NCBI GenBank assembly: GCA_016202545.1
Contig: JACQON010000032.1
Span: 37,453 to 101,452 of the forward strand
Source of the DNA: Chloroflexota bacterium
GTDB taxonomy: Bacteria; Chloroflexota; Dehalococcoidia; Dehalococcoidales; JACQON01
DNA length: 64,000 nt
Direction of reading: 5' to 3'
The notes below the pieces were generated by a model that saw only the letters and a program-made list of their open reading frames with translations, was not told the DNA's origin and did not search any database. Each line of letters opens with the position of its first letter. Position 1 is the first letter of the stretch. Below, one piece after another: positions 45,033 to 54,988 of this stretch. A program made the translations under genes and the position numbers.

Positions 45033-46690
45033 TTTTCCTCCACGTTGATAACCTTAGCTCCCATTTTCAGTGCTGCCTCCACCAGGTGGTTGTCCTCGGG
45101 GGTAAATATGCAGCGTATATGGCAGGCGTGCTCCAGGAAATGGCTGATGACCTTCTCCACGACCTGCTGGTTTTCTGTCTTCTCTATCTGCTCCTTATGA
45201 TAGGAATACCTGAAGGCGAGCACCACGGTGTCATTGTCGAGCGCCACCGGCCTGACTCCGGCGCTTCTGAGTATGGCCAGGGCCGGGGTCCTTTTGGTAT
45301 CCTCCGGGGCCTGCTCGATGAGGCGCTTCCAGTTTGATGTTATGTGTTCTATCTCCTTGCCCGGCTGTGGTGGGGGGGCGGGTGCCTGCTCCGGTGGTGC
45401 AGGCGCGCTGGCCGGCTCAGCCCTTGCCGGGGGCTTCGGCTGGGAAGGGGCAGCCGGAGAAGGGGCGGCCTTCGCTGGCTGACGGGCCTCGTCTTTGGCC
45501 GTCTCGGTTGTGGCCAATGTCTGCTTGGGCTGGGAAGGGGCGACCGGTGAGGAGACGGCCTTTGCTGGCTGATGGGCCGCATCTTTTTTGGCTGGGCCGG
45601 TGGGGACCGGCTCGGCCGGGGGCAAAGTGCACTCCACCACCGCCAGCTCCAGAGGCAGCGTGGTATAGCTGGTGGGGCCAAGCTCAAGTTGACTGAAGAG
45701 CTTGACCGCCTTAATCACCTGAGGCAGGGAAGCCCGGGATGCCAGTGCCTTCAGCTCAGCGATGTCCTCGGCGGTGAGGTCTATGCCTTCGTCAGAGCCG
45801 GTCTTTAACAGGAGTAACGCCCTGAGGTATTCCACCATTTCCTGGTTGAACTGGCGCAGGTCCAGGCCGTCGTTGTTGACGCTATGTACCGTTGACAGCC
45901 CGGCGGAGACATCGTTGTCCACGATGTGCTTCACCAGCTCCCTGGCCCGCCAGTCGCCGGTAACGCCCAGGACAGTTTGAACCTGATGAAGCTCTATTTC
46001 GGGGCCATAGCAGGTGGCCATCTGCTGGAGCAGGTTCTCTGCGTCCCGAAGGCTGCCGGTGGCGCTCCTGGCGATGAGCTTTAGCCCTTCCGGTGATATA
46101 TGGATACCTTCTGTTTGGCAGATGGAGGCCAGTTTTGAGGCGATGTCTGCCTGGGAGATGCGCCGGAAGTCAAACCGCTGGCATCTGGACAGAATTGTGG
46201 GCAGGACTTTATGGGCCTCAGTGGTAGCCAGGATAAAGATTACATGCGGCGGTGGTTCTTCCAGGGTCTTGAGCAGGGCATTGGAGGCTTCTTTGGTGAG
46301 CATGTGGACCTCGTCTATGATATAGACCTTGTAGCGGGCCTGGCTGGGAGTATAGTTGGCCCTTTCCTGGAGGTTCCTGATATCATCAATGCCGCGGTTG
46401 CTGGCGGCATCAACCTCGATTACATCCAGTGCCCTGCCTTCGGTCACTGCCTGGCATAGCTGGCAGGAGTTGCACGGCTCATCGCTGCCGCTATTGAGGC
46501 AATTCACCGCCTTGGCCAGGATGCGCCCGGTGCTGGTCTTCCCCGTTCCCCGGGGGCCGCAGAAGAGATAAGCATGAGATACGCGGCTGCTTCTGAGGGC
46601 GTTAAGCAGCGTTCTGGTTACATGCTCCTGGCCGACTACCTCAGCCAGGGTTCGGGGACGCCATTTGCGATAAAGGACTTGTGAAGCCAT
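45029..46690 (-). CDS. dnaX: DNA polymerase III subunit gamma/tau
   Basis: LYRKWRP, GPRGTGKT, DEVHML, TLEEPP, SRCQ. Confidence 0.97.
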   Translation of the reverse strand: MASQVLYRKWRPRTLAEVVGQEHVTRTLLNALRSSRVSHAYLFCGPRGTGKTSTGRILAKAVNCLNSGSDEPCNSCQLCQAVTEGRALDVIEVDAASNRGIDDIRNLQERANYTPSQARYKVYIIDEVHMLTKEASNALLKTLEEPPPHVIFILATTEAHKVLPTILSRCQRFDFRRISQADIASKLASICQTEGIHISPEGLKLIARSATGSLRDAENLLQQMATCYGPEIELHQVQTVLGVTGDWRARELVKHIVDNDVSAGLSTVHSVNNDGLDLRQFNQEMVEYLRALLLLKTGSDEGIDLTAEDIAELKALASRASLPQVIKAVKLFSQLELGPTSYTTLPLELAVVECTLPPAEPVPTGPAKKDAAHQPAKAVSSPVAPSQPKQTLATTETAKDEARQPAKAAPSPAAPSQPKPPARAEPASAPAPPEQAPAPPPQPGKEIEHITSNWKRLIEQAPEDTKRTPALAILRSAGVRPVALDNDTVVLAFRYSYHKEQIEKTENQQVVEKVISHFLEHACHIRCIFTPEDNHLVEAALKMGAKVINVEEK

Positions 46691-46836
46691 GCTCTTGGCT
46701 CTATTATATCCTACACTTTATGCTTTCCGTAAGGGGGTTCTGCCCCGTTTGTCAGGAAGACCTGTAGCGGTCAAAGGCAGAGTCCGCCAGCCCGGGCTGT
46801 ATCAGGTTAAGTAGTATATGGAAACCGGCAAAGTGC

Positions 46837-48009
46837 CTACAGTAGCGAAGGTACGTCCTTGGAGGCGTCATCCACTGTCTTCAGCTTCTCTTCCGCTTCC
46901 GCTTGCCTTCTTTTGGCATCTTCCATATAGGCGGTGGACCTGTAGTAAATATTCCTGACTCTTTCCAGGTCGCTAAGCTCAGACAGGATTACTGTGACGT
47001 CGAGCACGCCCTTCTCCCTGGGGTAATCGCCATTGCGTATGATAGCCTTCGGGGCCAGACTTCTCAGGTAGTCTCCCAGCTCCTTAACCAGGTCCATGTT
47101 TATTTCTTTGGCCGGCGCCGATACCAGGTATAGCCCGCGGCATGCGTCGGCGGTGTTACAGCTCAGCGATAGCTCGCTGATGGCTTCGTCCATGGCATGG
47201 ATTCCCCGGTGAATTTCAGTGCTCTTTTGCCTGAAGTCAGGCGTGCGGAGCTGGATTTTGAATAGCTTAAGGTGAGAGGTGCCATAGCCTATCACCGTCC
47301 ATCCTGCCAGGCTCTGCATGATGTCTCCGGCATCAAGCAACCTGGCCCCGACGTATTTCGCTTTCTTCTCCTCACCGGCACAGAGGACGTCATAGAAAGG
47401 CTCGACTATCAGAGAGTTGATTCTGGCCAGGTTGTTTCTCAGCGAGGCGTCTTTTTTAACAAACCTCTGGTTGTCAACTACGAATACGGCGTCAGCCACC
47501 GAATAGACCGACCTCAGGCAAGTGGCAGTGTTGTAGATAGTCCTATCCTCGGTCGCCTCTTCGTGCTCGAAGGGCAGGACGATAATAGCGTACACCGGCT
47601 TGTCAACGTAGCGCTCCTTTATCTGCTTTATCATGACAGGCAGGGACCCGGAGCCGGTGCCGCCGGCAGCTCCGGCAATCATCAAGAAGGCATCCGATTC
47701 GTAGAAACGCTTGGTGGTCCGTATGGCGTCCACGACCTTGTCGCTGTTCTCTTTAGCTATCTCAGCGCCCAGCTCATTTATCTTGCCTACCCCGTGTCCG
47801 CCAGTCCGCCGTCCTCCCATGAGGACTCTGTGCTGGTAATCCTTGCTGATGTAGCGCAGCCCGCTCAAATCAGCAGAGTCCGTGTTCACGGCGAAGGTGC
47901 CGGTGACTATCTCGATGCCACGCTCATGACGCGCCCTGGCATTAAGGCGAGCGAATTCATCAGCAACCCTGCCGCCACATTGTCCAAACCCGACGACCAG
48001 TAATTTCAT
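46837..48009 (-). CDS. Tubulin/FtsZ-superfamily GTPase, CetZ-like
   Basis: VGFGQCGG, AVNT, GGTGSG, VVDN, LDAGD. Confidence 0.88.
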   Translation of the reverse strand: MKLLVVGFGQCGGRVADEFARLNARARHERGIEIVTGTFAVNTDSADLSGLRYISKDYQHRVLMGGRRTGGHGVGKINELGAEIAKENSDKVVDAIRTTKRFYESDAFLMIAGAAGGTGSGSLPVMIKQIKERYVDKPVYAIIVLPFEHEEATEDRTIYNTATCLRSVYSVADAVFVVDNQRFVKKDASLRNNLARINSLIVEPFYDVLCAGEEKKAKYVGARLLDAGDIMQSLAGWTVIGYGTSHLKLFKIQLRTPDFRQKSTEIHRGIHAMDEAISELSLSCNTADACRGLYLVSAPAKEINMDLVKELGDYLRSLAPKAIIRNGDYPREKGVLDVTVILSELSDLERVRNIYYRSTAYMEDAKRRQAEAEEKLKTVDDASKDVPSLL

Positions 48010-48137
48010 TTCGTCCCCCCGCAGTACAGTTTGGTTATTTTTACCATATGCAGGTGGAAATGTCAATTCCTACTTAGGGAAGGCTAGCGGAGAGTAAAGC
48101 TGGTTTCGGTCATGTCAATTTTGGGCGTCTTGGAGGG

Positions 48138-48194
48138 TTGACATGGCGAAATTACGTAGCATAATAGCTTTATCGTAATATATTAACGATAAAG
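48138..48194 (+). promoter_or_regulatory. Sigma70 promoter with downstream 9-bp inverted-repeat operator
   Basis: TTGACA-16-CATAAT; CTTTATCGT-N9-ACGATAAAG. Confidence 0.55.
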
Positions 48195-48238
48195 ATACTA
48201 CCGTACTTTAGTATCGCTGACGAAGGAGGTGACGTGAA

Positions 48239-48487
48239 ATGAACGGTGTCAAACGAGTCCTGGCGGGGTTGGCGGCGCTGCTCCTGCTGGCTAGGTTCCC
48301 CGGGGCTATAGTAGCCGCCACCATTATCGTCTTCATCAGTGAGATGCTGCGCCCCCTGGAAGTATATCGTCTCATCATATTTGGTGCGTTGATAATTGTG
48401 GCCATGATATATCTGCCTCAGGGCTTAATGGGTGTAATCGCCTCCGCCAGCGAGCTGGCCAGCCGGCGTTTCAAAGAGCGGCGTTGA
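48239..48487 (+). pseudogene. Probable deletion remnant: signal-peptide-like start fused to a LivM-type C-terminus
   Basis: GAIVAA...SEMLRPL...LIIFG...LPQGLMG resembles the LivM end at 58763-59752. Confidence 0.55.
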
Positions 48488-48571
48488 CCGGAATGCGTAT
48501 TTGGTATACACTTAGACTGTCATAGCACGCCGCCGTCTCGCGGGCGGTCAAATCCTATGCTGGCGAGGACA

Positions 48572-49699
48572 ATGATTAAGGTATTGCATACAGCCGATGT
48601 CCACCTTGGCAGGCAGTTCCCTTTTCTGCGTGCCAAAGGTGGTGAGTACCGCAGCCAGTTGCTCAGGACTTTTGAAAAGATAGTAGACCTGGCTGTAAGC
48701 GAGAATGTTTCTCTTCTTCTCATTGCTGGCGACCTTTTCGATACCAACCGCGTGCATGGAATCACCATCGGGAAGGTAGAGTCTGCGTTCAAGAAGCTGG
48801 AGGCAGCCGGCATTCGGGTGTGCATCCTTCCCGGAACCCACGACCCTTATTATGATGATAGCTCCATATACCGGTTCGTGCGGTTTCCACCAAATGTGGC
48901 GGTGTTTACCCTCCAGCATGGTCAGCAGACTTACGAAGACCTCAATTTGACGGTCTATGGAACGCCTTTTGATGGCAAGTCTTCGTGCAGCAGCCCCCTC
49001 AAGGAGCTGACGCTGGCCAGCGGCTCGGAATTTCACATCGGCATGGCGCACTGTTCGGTCAGGCGTCCGGGACTGATAGAGAGCGATGACATGCTCCTGG
49101 ACGAGGGTGAGATAGCAAGCTCCGGGCTTGACTACCTGGCTCTGGGTCACTGGCATTCCTTCCAGGACTTGAGTCAAGGAAATACCAAAGCCTGCTACTG
49201 CGGCTCACCCGAACCGCTGGAGATGGACCAGAAAGGTGCCGGAACCGTGTCCCTGGTCACCATACACCAGAAAAATAATGTCGAAGTCGCCCCGGTGCGC
49301 GTGGGAACCAAGAAGTTCGAGGCCATGATGCTAGATGTCAGTCCTATTGAATCCATCGGCGGCCTTATCGGCATGATTGAAGCGAAGGCTGACCCGAACC
49401 TGATCCTTGAGGTAGCTTTGACTGGCCTCAGCGGCATGGCATACAGCGTGAATCCCCGTGAGATAGAGGAAGCGTTGGCGGAGCAGTTCTTCCACCTCCG
49501 CATCCTGGACAAATCCCACCCCAAGCTGGATGAGGTGAAGGCGGAGAGCTACCCGGAGGAGACAGTGATGGGCCGCTTTCTGAGAATTATCGAGAGAAGA
49601 GCCGCCGCAGCCAGCGATGAAGAAGAAAAGCTACTTTACGGAGAGGCGCTAAAGCTGGGTGTTGCGCTATTGCAGGGACGCTCGCAGATTATAGAATGA
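48572..49699 (+). CDS. Mre11/SbcD-family nuclease (YhaO/SbcF-like)
   Basis: HTADVHLG, AGDLFD, PGTHD, ALGHWH, GSPEP. Confidence 0.92.
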   Translation: MIKVLHTADVHLGRQFPFLRAKGGEYRSQLLRTFEKIVDLAVSENVSLLLIAGDLFDTNRVHGITIGKVESAFKKLEAAGIRVCILPGTHDPYYDDSSIYRFVRFPPNVAVFTLQHGQQTYEDLNLTVYGTPFDGKSSCSSPLKELTLASGSEFHIGMAHCSVRRPGLIESDDMLLDEGEIASSGLDYLALGHWHSFQDLSQGNTKACYCGSPEPLEMDQKGAGTVSLVTIHQKNNVEVAPVRVGTKKFEAMMLDVSPIESIGGLIGMIEAKADPNLILEVALTGLSGMAYSVNPREIEEALAEQFFHLRILDKSHPKLDEVKAESYPEETVMGRFLRIIERRAAAASDEEEKLLYGEALKLGVALLQGRSQIIE

Positions 49700-51774
49700 T
49701 TATCAAAAGGGCGGGAGTTAAACGGCTGCGGGCTATCAGTAAGGAGAGGGAAGTAGCCTTCTTCCCCGGCTTGAACATCATCAAGGGGGGCGACAACGAA
49801 GCCGGGAAATCGTCCCTTCGGATAGCCATAACCAAAGCGCTGTTCCAGGACCCGACCACGTCCCAGAGAGACATACTGGCACTCACCAGTTGGGGCACTG
49901 ACGAGCCGTGGGAGGTCGCCCTCGATTTTGAAGTCGACGGGGAGTCCTACCGAATTACCAAGAATTTGAAGGACAGGATTGCCGAGCTGGTCGGCACCGG
50001 GTCCTTCGAGTTTGTCGCCACCAGCAAAAATACCATCGCCGATAAGATAGCTGAAATCACCGGCTGCCCTTCCGAAATTTTCTTTGAGAGCACCGCCTGC
50101 ATCAGCCAGGACGAGTTGATAAGGATAGTCCCCAAGGATGTAACCAGCAGAGAAAGGCAAAATGCCATCGGGATAATAGCTCAAAGACTGCAGTCCAAGC
50201 TAAGTGGGACAGAGGAAACGGATGTAGTAGGTATCCTGTCAAAGCTATACCACAAGACACATCGCAAGGACGCCGGCGGCCCCTACAGTAATCTACAGCG
50301 CATTGCGGAGCGTGCGGCTCACCTGCGAAGCCAGAAATTGGCTCAGGAAGACAAGGTCAAGAGGATAATGGAGAGCAGGCAGTCGTTGAACCGGGTCAGG
50401 GAAGAGCTGGAGAGACTCGGCCAAGACCTGCCGGCAAAGCAGGATATACTGGGTAAGAACAAGAGGATACTGGAGCTTCAGAAGGAGATAGCCAGGGATA
50501 AGGCCCAGTACGATACCTTCAGAAGGGCCAGGGAGCTAAAATCAAAGCTGGATGGCCTGGATGAGGAGTTAAAGCGGCTTGCCTGCTTCACCGGCGCCGA
50601 AGGACAGATAGAGCAACTTGGCGATTTTAAGAGAAAGCTGGAAGACATAGCGAGGCAGAGAGCTAGGTTGCAGGAGGACATCAAGGCGCTCCAGGGGCAG
50701 AAACCGGCCTTGTGGGTGCTGCTGTTGGGTTCAGTGCTGATGGCGGGTGGCCTGGCCGGCCTGATTGTCAGCCGGTATCTACTGGGTGCCGTGGCTGTGG
50801 GATTTCCCTTTCTGGTTTATTGGCTGGTCTCCCGGATGGCCTGGAGGAAACAGGTGAATTCAGCGTCTCAAAAGGCAGCCGAGCTGGAAAGTCAGTCCAA
50901 GGATAACGGTGGACAGGCAGGGCAGCTTCTCAAGGCATTAGGATTCGAAGATTACAATCAATATGAGGGACAACTGGCGGAGTACAGAGGTAAAATCGAG
51001 GCTAGAAAGGGAATCGGCGGCAGACTGGACGCTGTACTTGCCGGGAAAGGTTGGCCGGAGTTTGTCGCTGAGAACACCGACTTAGATGTTCAAATGAGCG
51101 CCAGGATGAAAGAGATGGAGCAGCTCGAGCCCTTTAAACTGGAGCCGCTTGCCTTGCAAAAGCTGGAGAACGAAGTCAAGCGTCTTCAACAGGAAAAGGA
51201 GCAGCTGGAGCGTGATAAGAGCGCCTTTGAGAAGTTCTTTGAGCTTACCGATGTGGATACGGACCAGCTGGTGGAAATAGAAGAAGAGCTCAGCGGGCTG
51301 GACCAGGAAAAGGAATTCTGGGAGATAAAAAGGAAGGTATTCCAGCTAACCAGGGACGTCCTGGATGAAGCACACAAGCAGACAGTTTCTAAGGCCGCCG
51401 ACCTGCTGGAAAGGGAACTCAGCCGGTATATTGCCACCGTGACCGACGGCAGGTACAGCCAGGTTAAAATAGATGAAGGTGATTTGTCGGTTCGCACTTT
51501 CTCACCTGAAAAACAGGACTGGGTGGATGTCGACCAGTTAAGTCGTGCCACGCAAGACCAGTTCTATATTTGTGCCAGGTTTGCGCTGGTGAGACTAATT
51601 ACGCAGGGAAAGAGACCGCCTATCCTGCTGGATGACCCCTTCGTGAATTTCCATCCTAAGAGGCTGAAGAAAATGGTGGCCCTGCTTCAAGAGCTGGCCA
51701 AAGAGAACCAGATACTGCTGTTCACCTGTAGCGATGCCTATGATTATCTCGGCAACGTGATATTGCTTGACTAG
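49696..51774 (+). CDS. SMC/Rad50-like ATPase with central hydrophobic hairpin (YhaN/SbcE-like)
   Basis: GDNEAGKSS, coiled coils, LSRATQDQ, LLDDPFVNF, LFTC. Confidence 0.88.
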   Translation: MIIKRAGVKRLRAISKEREVAFFPGLNIIKGGDNEAGKSSLRIAITKALFQDPTTSQRDILALTSWGTDEPWEVALDFEVDGESYRITKNLKDRIAELVGTGSFEFVATSKNTIADKIAEITGCPSEIFFESTACISQDELIRIVPKDVTSRERQNAIGIIAQRLQSKLSGTEETDVVGILSKLYHKTHRKDAGGPYSNLQRIAERAAHLRSQKLAQEDKVKRIMESRQSLNRVREELERLGQDLPAKQDILGKNKRILELQKEIARDKAQYDTFRRARELKSKLDGLDEELKRLACFTGAEGQIEQLGDFKRKLEDIARQRARLQEDIKALQGQKPALWVLLLGSVLMAGGLAGLIVSRYLLGAVAVGFPFLVYWLVSRMAWRKQVNSASQKAAELESQSKDNGGQAGQLLKALGFEDYNQYEGQLAEYRGKIEARKGIGGRLDAVLAGKGWPEFVAENTDLDVQMSARMKEMEQLEPFKLEPLALQKLENEVKRLQQEKEQLERDKSAFEKFFELTDVDTDQLVEIEEELSGLDQEKEFWEIKRKVFQLTRDVLDEAHKQTVSKAADLLERELSRYIATVTDGRYSQVKIDEGDLSVRTFSPEKQDWVDVDQLSRATQDQFYICARFALVRLITQGKRPPILLDDPFVNFHPKRLKKMVALLQELAKENQILLFTCSDAYDYLGNVILLD

Positions 51775-51835
51775 TGTCCTGTCATGTTAATTACTGAACC
51801 AATTACCGCTTCAGCACGCACTATCGCTTACTGAC

Positions 51836-51883
51836 GACCTCATCCCCTTAATCCCCTTCAGGGTTCACCCTGAAGGGGATGGG
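51836..51883. repeat. Truncated family A element
   Basis: GACCTCATCCCCTTAATCCCCTTCAGGGTTCACCCTGAAGGGGATGGG. Confidence 0.7.
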
Positions 51884-52024
51884 TGTCCGACTGAGTTCCC
51901 CGGTGAATCAAGGCACATCCCTCCATTTCTAATTAAGTATCACCTATTTACCTCGGTTTTTTATGCAACTTGGTAGTAGGTCTATATGCCGTCCTCTGAA
52001 ATCGGGGCTGATTCCGCATTTCTA

Positions 52025-53008
52025 TTATCCCTGTCGAAGGTTAGAGATTAGAGTCTCGGCATAGGACTCTTGCCCGGATAGGGCGATAAATACATCGTTG
52101 CCCTCGACCTTTATGAGCACGGGGACTCCCTTACCACCATCTGTCTCCCAGGTGCCTTTATATAAGGTCAACTCGCCAGACTTCACCTCGGCGAATTTGG
52201 CTTCGACGAGAAACTTTTTGACTGTCGGTTCTACGATAAAGCCGGGGAAACCGGACCTGACCAGGACTACCACTCCCAGGTCAAGGTCGTAGATGCTGCT
52301 ACCGCTATCAATCGCTTCTGATATCTCAGCCAGGTTGATTTGACGGGGGGAATACAGTCCTGCGGCGATGACCTTCAGGTTCATCAGTTTCAGTATGAGG
52401 TTGAGCTGGCCTAACCCCTGGTTGCCGGCATTCTGGGCCAAGAGATTTATGAGCATATCACTCGGTTTTGCTGTGGCTATGGCGGCGGGGTTGAAGGTGC
52501 TGCCGCCGGGTAGAAACGCCGTCGCCTGCAGGGCCTCGCTGTCATCATAGTGTTTGAAATCGTTGTTGGAGATGGCTGTTTTCAGAGATTCAGCAGCATG
52601 ACCGGGGCCCTGCACCAGGTAGATTGTATTGCCGGAGAGCTTCTTCCAGGCATCTTCTGGGAGCGTCATTGCGGAATAGACTTTTGAAGCCTCTTCATTG
52701 CTGGTCAATGTAAGAGCCATCCCAAAAGCGAAGTCATCTGCCGCAGGTACCCCCCATATGGCCAATGATTCAATGCTCGTGTCCTGGGGTGTGTTTACCA
52801 TCTTTGCCGGCACTGTTGTTGGTCTGCTCTGCCTGGCGTACAGGTATATATCCAGGGGTACATTGGGCACGAGGGTTGTTGAAAGTTCGGCTGGCGATGG
52901 CGCTGGAGTTGGTGCAGTTTCCCTTTGACACCCTGCGCTGGCGATGGGGATGACTATGAGAAGAACGGAGATAAATGTTAGCAGCTTCGTTTTTAATGAG
53001 GTTTTCAA
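52025..53008 (-). CDS. Hypothetical lipoprotein
   Basis: Lipobox SAGC, PTPAP linker, SD GAGGAGG; no recognised domain. Confidence 0.75.
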   Translation of the reverse strand: MKTSLKTKLLTFISVLLIVIPIASAGCQRETAPTPAPSPAELSTTLVPNVPLDIYLYARQSRPTTVPAKMVNTPQDTSIESLAIWGVPAADDFAFGMALTLTSNEEASKVYSAMTLPEDAWKKLSGNTIYLVQGPGHAAESLKTAISNNDFKHYDDSEALQATAFLPGGSTFNPAAIATAKPSDMLINLLAQNAGNQGLGQLNLILKLMNLKVIAAGLYSPRQINLAEISEAIDSGSSIYDLDLGVVVLVRSGFPGFIVEPTVKKFLVEAKFAEVKSGELTLYKGTWETDGGKGVPVLIKVEGNDVFIALSGQESYAETLISNLRQG

Positions 53009-53195
53009 TTTTACCCTCCTCGCTTTTGATAGTTTACTACTCTTTTGTATGATTGTCTTCCGATTCAGCCTATAGTTCTATATAGATTATAACGTCAAAG
53101 ACGGTGGAAAGTTATCATACTATAGTAATAGGCGAGGTTACGGCCAGGCTGTAACGTTGTGCACGACCGGCCGGTTTTGGTTGATTGTCATTGCC

Positions 53196-53425
53196 TACGA
53201 AAAGAGATATTTTGGTGAACCTATCCCCCTTTATCCCCCTTCCCTTGGGGAATTGGTGAGGGGAAGGGGGAGTCAGTATAAAGAGGGGGCGTAGCCCCCT
53301 CTTTCAAAATCTCTCCTTCTCCTGAGCAGGAGAAGGAGACCGAAGGGATGAGGTCACACTTCTAAGCGGCGTTTAGATTGGAACATTCCCCCCCTTGTGG
53401 TGCTGGTTACCCAGCATGATAGATT
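53196..53425 (+). repeat. Family A element (full copy)
   Basis: Colinear with 22741-23002 but lacks the TTCACCCTGAAGG modules. Confidence 0.85.
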
Positions 53426-53512
53426 ACGGGCCGATGTAGCCATCCTTGCCTAGCAAGAAGAACTAAGATACAATAATCTTAGCGCTTGTATTTTCGGAGA
53501 AGGAGCTATGCG

Positions 53513-54988
53513 GTGTGGACGCGAGAGAGCCTCAGCGACTTAGTGCGGGAAAAATTGTCGGGCTATCTTTTTGTAGTGGTGTCTAACCGGGAGCCATATA
53601 TACATACTTTCTCTGGCCGAAACATCGTCTGTAAGGTACCGCCCAGCGGCCTTACCGTTGCCCTGGACCCGGTGATGCGGGCTTGCGGCGGCACGTGGAT
53701 TGCTCATGGCAGCGGCAATGCCGATAAAGAGGTGGTGGATAAGGACAACAAGGTAGGCGTACCTCCGGATGAACCACGGTATTCTCTTAGGCGCGTTTGG
53801 TTGTCCAGGGAGGAGGAGGATGGTTACTACTACGGCTTTGCCAACCAGACTCTGTGGCCACTGTGCCATATCGTGTATACCAGGCCTTTGTTTGATGAAG
53901 GGCACTGGAATACTTACAAAAAGGTAAATGAAATCTTTGCCCGGAGCGTTTTGGACGAAGTCGGCGATAAGAAGGCATTTGTCTTTGTCCAGGATTATCA
54001 CCTGACATTGCTGCCCAAGTTGCTCAAGGAGGGAAACCCCAATCTCATCGTTGCCCAGTTCTGGCATATTCCCTGGCCCAATCCAGAGGCTTTCCACATC
54101 TGTCCCTGGCAGGAGGAGATTCTGGCAGGTCTATTAGGTAATGACCTCTTGGGTTTTCATATCCGCTACCATTGTAATAACTTCTTGGACACCATAGACC
54201 AGGCGATCGAGGCGCGTGTTGATTGGGAGAAATACGAGGTCACCCGCGGCGGCAAGAGGACAGCGGTGCGCCCCTTCCCGATTAGCATTGATTTTGAACA
54301 GATTTCCAGCGAAGCCCAAAAAGAGGATGTCGCCAATGAAGCGGAACGGTTGAAGAACATGCTCGGGCTGGGAGATGAGATAATCGGGATTGGGATAGAC
54401 CGGTTTGATTATACCAAAGGTATTCCCGACCGGTTCCGTGCCCTTGACCGTTTTCTGGAAAACAACCCCAGCTACCAGCGCCGGGTGGTTTTCATTCAGG
54501 CAGGCGTACCCAGCCGGATTCAAATTGAGGCGTACCGGAGCCTGAAAGAAGAAATAGACAGCCTGGTGGATGAAATAAACTGGAAGCATGCTATAGGGCG
54601 CTGGAAACCAATAGTTACCCTTGTCGAAAATGGGTCTCAGCTGACCTTAAGAGCATTGCGGCGCATGGCGAATTTTTGCATCGTAAGCTCCCTGCACGAT
54701 GGCATGAACCTGGTGGCCAAGGAATTCGTTGCCAGCCGTTTTGACGAAGACGGCGTCCTTATTCTGAGTCCCTTTACCGGGGCGTCCCGGGAGCTGAACG
54801 GTGCCTTGCTGGCCAATCCCTACGCTACTGACCATTTTGCGGAAGCGATTAAGACCGCTGTGGAGATGCCTCATTCGGAAAGGCGGAAGCGAATGCAGAA
54901 AATGAGGGAGGTGGTCCGGGAGAACAACATTTACAAGTGGGCCGCAGACATAATTTCGGAGTTGGTGAAATTTGAATTTGGAGAATGA
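53513..54988 (+). CDS. otsA: Trehalose-6-phosphate synthase
   Basis: VSNREP, YYGFAN..LWP, QDYHL, WHIPWP, DRFDYTKG, DGMNLVAKE. Confidence 0.96.
   Translation: MWTRESLSDLVREKLSGYLFVVVSNREPYIHTFSGRNIVCKVPPSGLTVALDPVMRACGGTWIAHGSGNADKEVVDKDNKVGVPPDEPRYSLRRVWLSREEEDGYYYGFANQTLWPLCHIVYTRPLFDEGHWNTYKKVNEIFARSVLDEVGDKKAFVFVQDYHLTLLPKLLKEGNPNLIVAQFWHIPWPNPEAFHICPWQEEILAGLLGNDLLGFHIRYHCNNFLDTIDQAIEARVDWEKYEVTRGGKRTAVRPFPISIDFEQISSEAQKEDVANEAERLKNMLGLGDEIIGIGIDRFDYTKGIPDRFRALDRFLENNPSYQRRVVFIQAGVPSRIQIEAYRSLKEEIDSLVDEINWKHAIGRWKPIVTLVENGSQLTLRALRRMANFCIVSSLHDGMNLVAKEFVASRFDEDGVLILSPFTGASRELNGALLANPYATDHFAEAIKTAVEMPHSERRKRMQKMREVVRENNIYKWAADIISELVKFEFGE

Noticed and set aside
45583..45589. AAAAAAG in dnaX as an E. 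coli-type -1 frameshift site
   Set aside because: It lies in register AAA AAA G, not A AAA AAG.
46691..46836. SRP RNA, often found upstream of dnaX
   Set aside because: No TCAGG..GGAA..AGCAG domain IV motif on either strand.
51771..51800. CTAGTGTCCTGTC as a possible IS/MITE terminal repeat
   Set aside because: No matching opposite end or transposase found.
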